The notes below the pieces were generated by a model. That model ran no database searches, was not told where the DNA came from, and saw only the letters and a program-made list of their open reading frames with translations. Below, piece by piece: positions 1 to 11,124 of a DNA stretch of 20,000 bases. The translations under genes and the position numbers were made by a program. Each line of letters opens with the position of its first letter. Positions within the stretch are counted from its first letter, which is position 1. The stretch lies in NCBI GenBank assembly GCA_051942245.1, contig JAVECL010000056.1:49504-69503 (forward strand). Direction: 5' to 3'. Source of the stretch: Trypethelium eluteriae. Its lineage: Eukaryota.

Positions 1-385
1 AAACAGAGGGCTTATCCTCCACAGGACTGCAAACGAACCTTCAGCAGGAAGAAACAACGAGGCAAGTATAGCCTATGCAGGTAAGCGTACCTGCTCCAGT
101 CGTCCCCTCGGCACGATTTGAGACTAAGAGGTTTGGAAATTGTTTAATGATCAGATCCTTACCAGCCACATGAATGTCTAGTTCATCTACTTTGGGGTTG
201 ATGAAGCCGAGGTCCCCAGACGAGTCAGAACTGCAGCTGGATAGGCGTGAATAGAGGAGGAATGTCTCTGCTCAGGTGACTGATGAGCCACCGAGGCAGC
301 AGCAACGGCAAAAGCAACATATGAATTACTTGCCTTCTTCTGCATCAGCCACTTCGTTGCCCAAGTCCGCAACCAACGTGTCCAT
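1..385 (-). CDS. RKM5: Rkm5-like protein-lysine N-methyltransferase (methyltransferase family 16), 5' part only; runs off the window start
   Basis: Not in the ORF track. Spliced exons 385-334, 267-91 and 26-1; introns 333-268 (GCAAGT...CAG) and 90-27 (GTACGC...CAG). Translation MDTLVADLGNEVADAEEETFLLYSRL...DLGFINPKVDELDIHVAGKDLIIKQFPNLLVSNRAEGTTGAVLWRISPLF contains the EEETFLL and GTTGAVLW motifs I recall from fungal Rkm5-like proteins. Confidence 0.8.
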
Positions 386-782
386 AGCGAAAGCGTGATC
401 TGCGGGGGCCAGAGCTGCAAGGTCGGTATGGCTGAGCCTGGACGCGAGGCAGCAGTGAGATTATGGGAGCACTGGAGAGCCGTTGATCCTTTGGCGTGGT
501 GGGGACGGGAAGGGTGGGAAGGGTTGGAAGGAAATTCAGCATGATCGGACGGAAGTGACTGCGGTGGGGATGACGTTGCCTAGCGCCTAACCTAGATCAT
601 CATCATTCGTAGCAGCACCGGACCGTTGCTTTCAAACCATGACTTCTTTAACATCTACAATCTATCAAACCTACCTATAACAAGCTGCTACCCCTCGTCC
701 TTCATCTGCAAGCTCCTCTTCCTTCTGTCCCGTGGCCTTGACTCCATCCCGTAGAAGGTCCAACTCGTGATTCCCTGTCAAC

Positions 783-3094
783 ATGGTTGACCTTAAGACA
801 CTCGCTCCTCACCCTAAAAGTGTGAAGAAGCCGCCATATACTGTCGAGGCTCCAGGCTACAAACAAATCAAAGGGGAAACGATTCCGCGCCGAAATGTCG
901 CGACAAAGGATGGACTCAAAGCGACTCCAGCCGAAGGCGTCAATACGATTTACGATATAATCACATATAGCTCCAAAAAGTACGGAAATGCCAAGGCCAT
1001 GGGATCTCGGAAACTGCTCAAGACTCATCATGAAAAGAAGAAAATCAAGAAGGTCATTGAAGGCAAGGAACAGGAGGTGGAGAAGGTCTGGTCATACTTC
1101 GAGCTAAGTGGCTACAACTACATGAGCTACGTAGAGTACGAAAAGCTGGTCAACCAAATCGGTTGCGGCCTCAGGAAGCTTGGTATGAACAGTGGTGACA
1201 AACTCGAGTTATTTGCAGCAACCAGGTCAGTTCAACCCCACCCTCGACATTGATGAAGCTGAGCTAACAATTTGGAGCCCATACTGGCTTGCATCCGCAC
1301 ATGGCGCCCTATCACAATCCATGGCCATTGTCACTGCCTACGATACACTCGGAGAGGAGGGCCTCAAACACTCGATGAAGCAAACTGGTGCCAAAGCAGT
1401 CTTTCTCGACCCACATCTCCTCAAGACCCTGATCAACCCTCTAAAGGAAGCCACCGAGATCGAGTACGTTATCTACAATAGTGCCGGTGAAGTCAAAGAG
1501 GAAGATATCCAGAAGTTGAAAGACGCACACCCGCGTTTGACAGTTCAGAGTTTTGAGGAGCTCCGGAAATTGGGTGAAGCCAACACGGTAGATCCAAACC
1601 CTCCAAAGCCAGATGATTTATGTTGCGTAATGTACACATCTGGCTCCACTGGTCCTCCAAAAGGAGTAATGCTGAAGCACAGTAATGTCGTAGCTGCCAG
1701 TAGGTCCCATCTCACTCCCCTGACATTTGGCATGCAAATGGTAACATTCTTTTGCAGTCACCGGCGTCGATGTCATCATCGGGCAATATCTTGGACCTGG
1801 TGATGGACTCCTCACGTATCTACCGCTTGCTCATATCCTCGAGTTCGTTTTCGAAAACGCAGTCCTTTTCTGGGGTGGCACGATGGGTTACGGGGGGATC
1901 AAGACTCTTTCCGACAACTCCGTCCGTAACTGCAAGGGTGATATTCGCGAATTCCAACCCACGATCCTGGTGGGCGTGCCTGCAGTCTGGGAGACAGTCA
2001 AGAAAGGTATTCTTGCGAAGGTCAACGCAGGTAGTGCAATCACGAAAACTCTCTTCTGGAACGCCATGCACGCCAAAAGCTTTCTCCTTGGCTCTGGCCT
2101 GCCAGGTGCTGGTGTCTTGGATGCTGTTGTCTTCAGCAAAGTTAAAGAAGCAACTGGCGGCAAACTCAGGATATGTATGAACGGTGGCGGACCTGTGGCC
2201 AAGGATACACAGCGATTCATTTCAATGGCTATTACTCCGATGGTTGTTGGATACGGCCTGACCGAGACAGCAGCGTAAGCATGCCTCGAATAATAGCATT
2301 TTATCCTTTTGGCTGCGTAACATACTGACGTTGGACAGCAATGGAGTTTTGATGGATCCTTTGGCTTGGTCTGATGATGCCATGGGCGAAATCACAGGAG
2401 CTGTTGAGATCAAGCTCGTAGACGTTCCCGATATCGGCTACTTCGCCTCAAACGATCCGCCGCAGGGTGAAATCTGGATCCGTGGACCTCCTGTCGCCAG
2501 TGGGTACCTTGATCTCCCAGATGAGACAAAGGAATCTTTCACCGATGACGGCTGGTTCAAGACCGGAGATATTGGAGAGTTTGACTCCAAGGGTCAACTC
2601 AAGATGATCGACCGGAAGAAGAATCTTGTCAAGACTTTGAACGGAGAGTACATCGCCCTAGAGAAACTCGAATCCACCTACCGTTCCTCCCCAGTCGTTG
2701 CCAACATTTGCGTCTACGCTGCCCAGGACAAGGCCAAGCCCGTCGCCATCATTGTACCCAACGAGCCTGCGTTAAAGAAAGTGGCTTCCGAGAATGGCGT
2801 CAAGGGCGAGAGTCTGGAGGGCTTGGTGCATGATGAGAAGCTGAACTCTGCTGTGCTCAAAGATTTGCAAGCTGCAGGAAAGAGAGCAGGCTTGCAAGGT
2901 ATTGAGATCATTGACGGAGTAGTCTTGACTGATGAAGAATGGACCCCACAAAGTGTAAGTCATGGCATTATCCCAGTGGTTCATTTCATACTCACAGAAT
3001 TCAGGGTCTGGTAACCTCTGCTCAGAAATTGAACCGCAGAGGTATCCTCAAGCAATACGAGGGAGACATTTCGAAGGCCTATGGCGACTCTTGA
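783..3094 (+). CDS. FAA1: Long-chain fatty acid-CoA ligase (FAA1/FAA4-like), ~695 aa
   Basis: Exons 783-1225, 1278-1699, 1758-2274, 2339-2954 and 3005-3094, all joining in frame. Motifs: AMP-binding YTSGSTGPPKG, YLPLAHILEF, GYGLTET, GWFKTGDIG, IDRKKNLVKTLNGEYIALEKLE. Confidence 0.96.
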
Positions 3095-3469
3095 CCTGAT
3101 ATGCGAAGTTTGCAGTGGATTGGTGGGAATATGAAGTAGTTGCGCGTGTAATGAGTCTATGTATTTTTGTCCACATCGGCCGTATTGCACGTACTTATTA
3201 CGGGCGTGTCTGGAGTAGTAACGTCGCAGTTATGCTAGATGTGTTGAGGGCGTCCTCGAAACCAGTACTTGCACTCAACTCTAGTTCAATTTGAGCAATA
3301 GCATTATCTTACGTACCGTACCTTAAGGTACTTTCCAAGTAACACTTCGTTCAGCACGTGACCATTGTGCTTTAGGTGCCTTGCCTTAGGTCCGGCAAGG
3401 TATCTAATTGAAAGACATCATCTCAAGCCCAGCTGGGATGTTCTAGCTGGTGAACCGTATACCTCCTTT

Positions 3470-5806
3470 ATGATTACTGCGGGGATCTTCAGTCGTCCGC
3501 GAACCGTCATATTCCTGCAATCTATCTGTTCACGCCGCACAATTGAAACACATCTTCCTTCCCAGATCTCATTTCGTACTAAACTATTTTCTACGATGCA
3601 TCGGTCTCCTGCTGCAATGGTCACTAGACCACCTCCGGCAGACATCACCATCAATCCACCAAGAGATCCAAATACGCTATCCAATTACAACAACTTCAGA
3701 ACTACGCACACGAGGGCCGTTCTTGACATCGAATTTGAGCCAAAAAGGGTCTTTGGCACTGTGCATATCACACTCAAAAGCCTCACACATGGGGAGACGA
3801 AGGATCTCATTTTAGATACTAGGTTCGCGATACCTTCTCTTTCCAAGTCTTCTTCCTTTTCCTAAGTGGCCATACCATTCGCTCCACGCTCTGCTCTATG
3901 TGAAGAGATTGCTCTTCCAGATGTGAAGGTCGGCTCTAATCCATAGTCTCTAGTTACCTCGACATCGAACAGGTAAGGGTTGGGGAACGGCTAGTAAAAT
4001 GGACACTCGAAGCGCGAGCGGAACCTTACGGTGCCGGTCTAAGTATTGCACTCGATGCGCCCGTAGCGAAAGGCGAGGATATCGAGGTCGCGGTACGTTT
4101 TCCTCTGAGCGAAAATGGACGATAGCTAACTAACCTCTGAAGATTACGATGAGCACGACGCCGGATTGTACAGCGCTGCAATGGTTGACGCCAGAGCAAA
4201 CCTCCAACAAGAAGCATCCATACATGTGTAAGACTGTTTAGCGGGTCAAACGAGACGCGCTTACAATTTGATACAGTTTCTCAATGTCAAGCAATCCATG
4301 CCCGGTCCCTGTTCCCTTGCCAAGACACTCCAGATGTCAAGTCGACATACGACTTCCTGATTCGCTCTCCTCTCCCAGTTCTCGCCAGCGGTCTTCCTAA
4401 AGGTGCATCAGATTTTATTCCGGGTAAACATGGGCGCCCAGCCACCCTTCTCTATCGGTTCCACCAACCCATCCCTATGCCATCCTACCTATTCGCCATT
4501 GCCAGCGGTGATTTGGCAAGTGCCTCTATTGGACCCCGTAGTACGGTTTGGACTGGACCGGACGAGCTCACGGCAGCCAAATGGGAGTTTGAAGAGGATA
4601 CTGAAAATTTCATCGAAGCAGCCGAGAAGATTGTATATCCTTATGCCTGGACTATGTACAATGTTCTTGTATTGCCTCCAAGCTTTCCTTACGGGGGAAT
4701 GGAGAATCCACAATGGACGTATGCTACCCCTACTATAGTTTCGGGTGATCGTGCTAATGTTGACGTGATTGCTCATGAGTTATCTCATTCCTGGAGCGGA
4801 AACTTGGTGTCTAATGCTTCGTGGGAGCATTTCTGGCTTAACGAGGGCTGGACTACGTACTTGGAACGAAGGATTCAGGCGGCAATTCATGGGGAATCTC
4901 ACCGAGATTTCAGCGCAATCATTGGATGGAAGGCGCTGCAAGATAGCGTAAAGAAGTTTGGAGAGGACCATGAATTCACGAAGTTGGTCGTGGATTTAAA
5001 GGGAAAAGACCCAGATGATGCTTTCAGTAGTGTACCATACGAGAAGGGGTTCGTGTTCCTTTACTCACTGGAAAAGATGTTAGGGAAGGAGAAGTGGGAT
5101 GAGTTCATACCGCACGTAGGTTGCCGCACGGATATACAGCTCGGATCTCGCAGCTGCTAACAGAAGGCAGTATTTTACGACGTACCGCGAAAAGTCTCTA
5201 GATTCATACGACTTCAAATCCACACTCCTCGACTTTTTCGCCAATGATCAGGAAGCCTCACAAATCCTCAGTGAACTTGATTGGGATGCTGCCTTCTACA
5301 AACCAGGATACCCAGCCAAACCTGACTTCGATACCTCTATGGTAGACGTCTGCTATGAGCTTGCCGATCAGTGGGAGGCTCTTTCCAAAGGCGACGGCAA
5401 ATCCGACTTCAAGCCGCAGAAGCAGGACATCGATGGCTGGCTGGCGAATCAGAGCGTTGTCTTCCTCGAACGAGTCCAAAACTTCCCAGAACCTCTTTCA
5501 GTTGAGCAAGTTGAAATCATGGGAGAGGCTTATGATTACGGCAAGTCCCAAAACGTGGAGCTAGTCAGTAGATACTTCCAAATAGGACTGAGGGCCAGGG
5601 CGCAGAGTATTTACAGGCCTGCTGCGCAGCTACTGGGAAGGGTGGGAAGAATGAAGTTCGTGCGACCATTATTTAGGGAGTTGAAAAAGGCAGATCGAGA
5701 GCTAGCCTTCGAGACGTTCGAGGAGAATCGGTTATTCTATCATCCTATCTGTAGAGCGATGGTGGAAAAGGATTTGTTCGGAGATGACCCGACTCGAAAG
5801 TCTTGA
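3470..5806 (+). CDS. LAP2: Leukotriene A4 hydrolase / M1 zinc aminopeptidase; in-frame ATGs at 3470, 3596 and 3617
   Basis: Exons (3470/3617)-3822, 3954-4092, 4143-4227, 4277-5115 and 5171-5806. Motifs: [10 protein letters not shown]-terminus, [16 protein letters not shown] exopeptidase motif, HELSH...NEG zinc site, [15 protein letters not shown]. Confidence 0.96.
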
Positions 5807-5961
5807 CAGATTGAACAAGGCATCTCACGAAGTGGAGTCACAAGTATGGAGTTCTGTACATAGAGTATCTTGTGCGTCAGGCGTGCTTTCGGTCGAGAAC
5901 CTAAGAGAAATGTCGCACGCACGAGATGAGTTTGTTCCGCCAACCTTTTCGACCATTTGGC

Positions 5962-5986
5962 TCGCGTCGTCTCGTGTCATGACGCG
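5962..5986. promoter_or_regulatory. Pair of MCB-like CGCG elements upstream of the Sororin-like gene
   Basis: TCGCGT (5962-5967) and ACGCG (5982-5986), in inverted arrangement, 150-175 bp before ATG 6136. Confidence 0.35.
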
Positions 5987-6135
5987 CTTCAACATTTTCC
6001 CCCACAACAACTAATACACCATTAACATCCCGGGCAATCTACGTACAAACCATATGATATTGCCGAGACCTCAAACGCTCCTATCATGCAAATGGCGACA
6101 GCATAGACTCGTTGCGAAATCCTTCTTTCCACAAA

Positions 6136-8040
6136 ATGCCTCGACCCAGACGCGCCCGCGTCACACCCTCCGCACCCGTCACTACAGCATCCCGACGCGC
6201 CGCTGCCGCCGAACATGCGGAATACGCGACTTCGACCTCGAACGGAACAAGATCAGGCGCGCGGAAGCCTCTTGCGAATCTGTCGAACACTGCCAGCTCT
6301 GTGCGAACAAACAGTGACTCCAGTGAAGCGTGTTTCGGGCTAGTGAAGAATGCGCCGAAGGGAAGCCGGAGGCAGGGTGGCGGGAGAAGGGATGAGAGCG
6401 CAATGATGGTGGGAGGCTTGGGAGAGGGAGAGGTGCGGTTGAGAAAGAAGGTAGAGAGAAGAGAAACACAGGATAAACGAGAGTCGAATGGAGAACGGCC
6501 TTCGAATCCCAGTGGACGAGTAACCAGAGCCGTCGAAAGAAGCGTCTCTAATGAGCAGTCCGGGGGTACCGTCAAAGATTTGAGGAGCCACAAGGAGCTA
6601 GCAAGCTCAGCTAGACGCCAGGTTATAGCAGTGGAAGGGAAGGGGCATGCAGTAGATGCTCCAGCGGCATCAGATTCAGAACCGTTGCCTGAGACGCAGA
6701 TAAGACGAGGTACTGCGCAAGGTACGGAGCAGTCGAGACGAATCACTCCGTCACCGGAAAAGCTTGAACGAATCTTGCAACAGATACCATCGTCAGCGCA
6801 ACGGGTACGGAATACGCCTGGCGGCGATACATCCATATTGGCGCTTGGGAATTGGAGGCGCAGGCCAAAACAGCCCAGTGTTGTGCGTACGGCAGCACAA
6901 CAACCAAGCGATCTCGACACTGAGGACTCCTTTGAGCTACCAGCCTCTGATGATTTCAACCCCGATGATGAATCTACACCTCTCAAGCTTGCTACAGTGG
7001 AGAAGCCAGACAAGACCGTTGGGGACGATCGCAATCAAGCTCTTGATTTAATGGAATCGGCAACTTCTATGTCAAGAAAGAGGAAGTTATCAACACCATC
7101 AGTGCAGAAAAACCAGCTCGGCGAGCAGATTCTATCAAGGTCTTCACTTCGCAGGCGGCGCGAGTCGTCATCTAGCCTACCTTCCGACCCAGTGTCAGCG
7201 ACCGGCCGGCGGGCCACTGTGGTCTCTGAGGCCTTAGACGAGCCTGATGAAGCCCGTCCCCGATCCAGGACTCCTCGATCTGGGAGCGCTAGACCTGCTG
7301 AGATATTGTCAGACACACAAGCCTCGCCTCTGAGCAGTAGTCACCTTTCTCAATCTTCCAGTCCGCAGAGACGGCAACCTCATAAATCTAGGCCTCAAAA
7401 AATTGCAGCGGGCACAAAACGAACCGCAAAGCAACCGAAACAAGACAAGGAGTCGAAGCGGCTCACAACAGCCGAGCTGACAACCCTTCTCCCACAAAGA
7501 CGCAACCGACGAAGACAAGCTCCCAAGGCTGACTTCGAGATCCTCAGCTCATCCGAACAGCGTGACGCGAGCGAAGAGGAGGAGCTTGAAGAAGACGAGG
7601 ACGAACTCGCGCCTCGGCAGCGCAAGACCAAGAAGAGCAGAGCGCCGCCTTCGGCCAAGCGGAAGATACAGACACCCACAAGCGCAAAAAAGAAAAAGTC
7701 ACGAGCAGTTGCAACATCGGCTGGGCGATCGCGTGTCAGTGAAGTGAAGCACAGGTACGGAAGGAACTCCTCGGACAAGGAGAATCAAGGCGAATGGGAT
7801 GAGGAGCCGAGCGAGTTTATGCAGCATCTTGCTAGTAGCGGTGACTCCGCAGGAGACCATGATACCATCATTGTTGAAGATGGCAATGATGGTGGGAAGA
7901 GAGGGAGAGGGGGGAAGGGGAAGCATAGGGAGAGTCTGGAGCTGTCGGCCGTGGCGAAGAAGTTTGCGGAGGTGGATGAGTGGGAGATGGAGTTCGAGAG
8001 TGTGGAAACTGGAGGACGAAGCTCGAGTCCGTGGAGATGA
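6136..8040 (+). CDS. Intronless, disordered basic/Ser-rich protein (634 aa); putative Sororin (Sor1)-like cohesin regulator
   Basis: ATG at 6136 in acaaaATG context (6112 is TTG). D-box RKPLANLSN (6262-6288), YGR (7756-7764), KEN (7777-7785), C-terminal AKKFAEVDEWEMEFE. The gene is very likely real; the family call is an inference. Confidence 0.65.
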   Translation: MPRPRRARVTPSAPVTTASRRAAAAEHAEYATSTSNGTRSGARKPLANLSNTASSVRTNSDSSEACFGLVKNAPKGSRRQGGGRRDESAMMVGGLGEGEVRLRKKVERRETQDKRESNGERPSNPSGRVTRAVERSVSNEQSGGTVKDLRSHKELASSARRQVIAVEGKGHAVDAPAASDSEPLPETQIRRGTAQGTEQSRRITPSPEKLERILQQIPSSAQRVRNTPGGDTSILALGNWRRRPKQPSVVRTAAQQPSDLDTEDSFELPASDDFNPDDESTPLKLATVEKPDKTVGDDRNQALDLMESATSMSRKRKLSTPSVQKNQLGEQILSRSSLRRRRESSSSLPSDPVSATGRRATVVSEALDEPDEARPRSRTPRSGSARPAEILSDTQASPLSSSHLSQSSSPQRRQPHKSRPQKIAAGTKRTAKQPKQDKESKRLTTAELTTLLPQRRNRRRQAPKADFEILSSSEQRDASEEEELEEDEDELAPRQRKTKKSRAPPSAKRKIQTPTSAKKKKSRAVATSAGRSRVSEVKHRYGRNSSDKENQGEWDEEPSEFMQHLASSGDSAGDHDTIIVEDGNDGGKRGRGGKGKHRESLELSAVAKKFAEVDEWEMEFESVETGGRSSSPWR

Positions 8041-9061
8041 GTTGAGTACCTTGTTATGAGTGCAAGGGCAGTTGATAGCAATTGATAGCGTTTTGTTGCA
8101 TATGATAGTTCCATGATCGTAAGCGTGCGCATATTAAATGCGATTTTTGATGTTGTCCAATGAATGGTACATCCACATTATTTACTTCAGTGCTTTTATA
8201 ACACTGACCACACGATTGCAAAGGATACTTTGAGATGATTAACTTCATTAGAATACTGTAGTCAAACAGAGCTACTTTGATATTATTGTTCACTATGGAG
8301 TTCTGACGCGGGCGACGCACTCAACGGCACAACACCTATCCCGAGCTTTCAGCCAGTTGAGCCACTGCAATTTGAACTAGCTATGATCAAGATGCCATGG
8401 CGAGAATGGCAGGAAGTTGGTCTGTGAGATATATGCCTATCGAACGGGCGCAGCGGCACACCAGAGTCAGTTGGCATGAAGCTGGCACCAACAATCTGAA
8501 CAGGAGTCATGAGACATGGTGCGGGCATCACCGACAAATCCCATGAGAGTTACCTCCTGTTGGACGAAATGGGATCTCATCGTACCGTCGATCATCCAGT
8601 ACACGAGATCTCTATGGAGCTTTTTAGGGACCCATGAAGTACTGCTGGCCTTTTACTAGGTACCTAGGTAGGCACGGTGGGTATCGTACCTAATGAACTC
8701 GGTGATTTCCGAATGGAGCCGGGCCGAGCACAGAAACAAGCCAACAACGCTAAGTTCCAAAGCTTCATTCGTTGATCCATATCCGTCTCCCCAGTAATTA
8801 CGTGCTGTTGTAAGTCAAGCCAACACTCGGGACATGGCTTTCCAGATAACCAGTAATGCAAAGCGAAGGTATCAACCAACGTCGCCCAGTAAGGTTCAGA
8901 GTCCAAGACCTCAGTTACCTGTTCTCAATCACTCTTTCATTGAACTGCCATCCTCTGTCCATAGCATTCTCCAAACCATTTCTTTTATGGCGTTCATTTG
9001 GTCAGTCTCTTTCTGAGTCTAGCAAAGAGCTAGCGGTCCCGCTTCCTTGGGAAGTTCTTCG

Positions 9062-10365
9062 ATGGCCATTCTGCCAATTACCAAGACAAGCAGTATTGTA
9101 CTCGGGGTGCTGGGGTACACGTTCTTCGCGTGGCACACCTGGCAAAGTAGTAATTCTGTATACCACAGACATCGGCTGTTAGAACAATGGGAGTACAACT
9201 TCACACGAGACGGAGACGATAAAACCCTCACCAAAGAGCAGTGTGCGATTGCTTTCCCAAATAACACCTACGAAATCCAGGATGCCGTCTCGCGACTGGA
9301 TGGGGAAAAGATTTCATATGACAAGCTCAACATTGCTTTAGACCGGACCTGTACGAGACTAATTATATACGAAGGCAAGCTATACGTACTTGAGGGAGCC
9401 ACCCAAGAAAATTCTTACATGGGCTGGCTTTGGGAGCAGAGAACTATCGGTACGGCACGCCTCGCTGTCTACCAGCACGCATCGCATATCGCTGACCTCT
9501 CCTCGCAGGCACCATCATGATGATCTACGATGCCATTGTCGGCGCCAAGCCCGGCACCATCCCCAATATAGAGTTCCCCTTCTGCGCTGACGACGACGCC
9601 ATCCGCGCCCACCGCGGTATTTCCTGGGGCTACACTCGTCACAACGCTTTCGAGGACCAGCGCCAGGTCTGGGTCATCCCTGACTTTGGCTACTGGGAAT
9701 GGTACTCCTCGAAGATATACAGCTACGCTGATGCGCGCCGGCAGATCCTACGACGAGCCAACAACCTTACGTGGGCGGAGCGAAAGCCGCAAATGGTCTG
9801 GCGAGGAGCCACAAAGTTCAATCCGATGAGAGGGAAACTAGTGGACCAGGCTTCAGGGAAGGAATGGAGCGACGTCCGGGACTGTGCTGGGGGTTCCTGT
9901 TTTGTGGAATTGGAGGACCATTGCAATTACCAGTTCATCCTGTATACCGAGGGCGCGACTTACTCTGGTCGTATGAAGTATCAGCAGCAGTGCAAGAGCG
10001 CAATGATCATGCATACTATACACTGGATAACACACTCCTCGCATCTCTTACACTGGGACGGTCCGGAGCAGAACATCATCAAGGTCGAAGACGACTGGAC
10101 GGATCTGGAGGAAAAAGTGCAGTATTATCTCAACCATCCGCAGGAGGCGGAGGCAGTCGCTGAGAGAGGGTACAAGTTGTTTGCAGAGAGATACCAGACC
10201 CAGGCGGCGATCTCTTGCTACTTCCGTAGTCTTTTTGATGCGTGGGGAGCGCATCAGGGATACGACGTCAATCTCTGGGATGAAAACGGACACATGCGTG
10301 GCGTTCCCTTTGAAAGCTACGCAGTCGCGAGGACTTACTTAGGAAACGCCCCACACGTGGATTGA
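9062..10365 (+). CDS. Glycosyltransferase family 90 (CAP10/KDELC/POGLUT-like), type II membrane protein, ~414 aa
   Basis: Exons 9062-9449 and 9509-10365; intron 9450-9508 GTACGG...GCTGAC...CAG. N-terminal hydrophobic anchor; motifs PDFGYW, WRG, EG-x-x-YSGRMKY and D-W-x-DLEEKV. An alternative first exon 8987-9000 with intron 9001-9093 also joins in frame (MAFICIVLG...). Confidence 0.85.
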
Positions 10366-11124
10366 TAATTCCTGGAAGAATTGCTCTTCAGATCTTCTGG
10401 CATTCTCCACAAGTGGCCCGAAACCTCAATATTTGGTCAAGCCGGAGTGGGTAAGGTATCAATGCGGAGGAACAGCAGCAAAATGCGGAAGACCCAGCAA
10501 AATACCTACCTACCTAGATAGGTCCTCCTCATGATCTTGATCGCGTGATCGATGCCATAATACGTATCATGTAGGGCCAAGCAGCGCGTGGTGCGCGTCT
10601 GTGTCATCGAAGCTATATGTCACAAACAACGGCTTGCTGGATCTGATTGTTAACGTCGCCGGTCATAAGACTGAGGCGAGAACACAACCACGACGTCGAC
10701 TCTGCCAAAGTGATTCACATATCTTGACATTAGATATGTGTTTCAAAGTATGAATGCTGAGTCAGTGTATTGGTAGGACCCAAAGCTTCAAGATCGCTAG
10801 GAGTCTCTCGACAGGCCGATACCATCAGGAGCGTGTTGCATTTATGGGCCGGGATTGCGTATTTGAGGAGTGATATAGCAGTCTTTTAATGTGGGTCGAT
10901 GGGTTTTGTGTGTTAGAATTCACTTCTGGGTGACTAAGAATGTGACTTACCATCACCACTTCGGTTGTGATCTTGCGTCACCTATGACATCGATTCTCTA
11001 TTCTAATATATAAACCTCATTTCTCAGATTTCTCTTTGTTCCTAGCTCTCAATATTCCAACCTCTTGATTTGAACGGCACCTTTGTCGCTGGTTTGCAGA
11101 ATCCTTGACTTCATATCAAGCGCC

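Noticed and set aside
345..542. 65-aa minus-strand ORF upstream of and overlapping the RKM5 start
   Set aside because: Out of frame with the conserved protein; low complexity and probably in the promoter region.
6084..7034. 316-aa minus-strand ORF
   Set aside because: Antisense shadow of the low-complexity 6136-8040 gene; no recognisable motifs.
8657..8671. CTAGGTACCTAG palindrome and TAGG/TACC micro-repeats (similar at ~10503-10522)
   Set aside because: Common low-complexity intergenic motif in filamentous ascomycetes; not an array.
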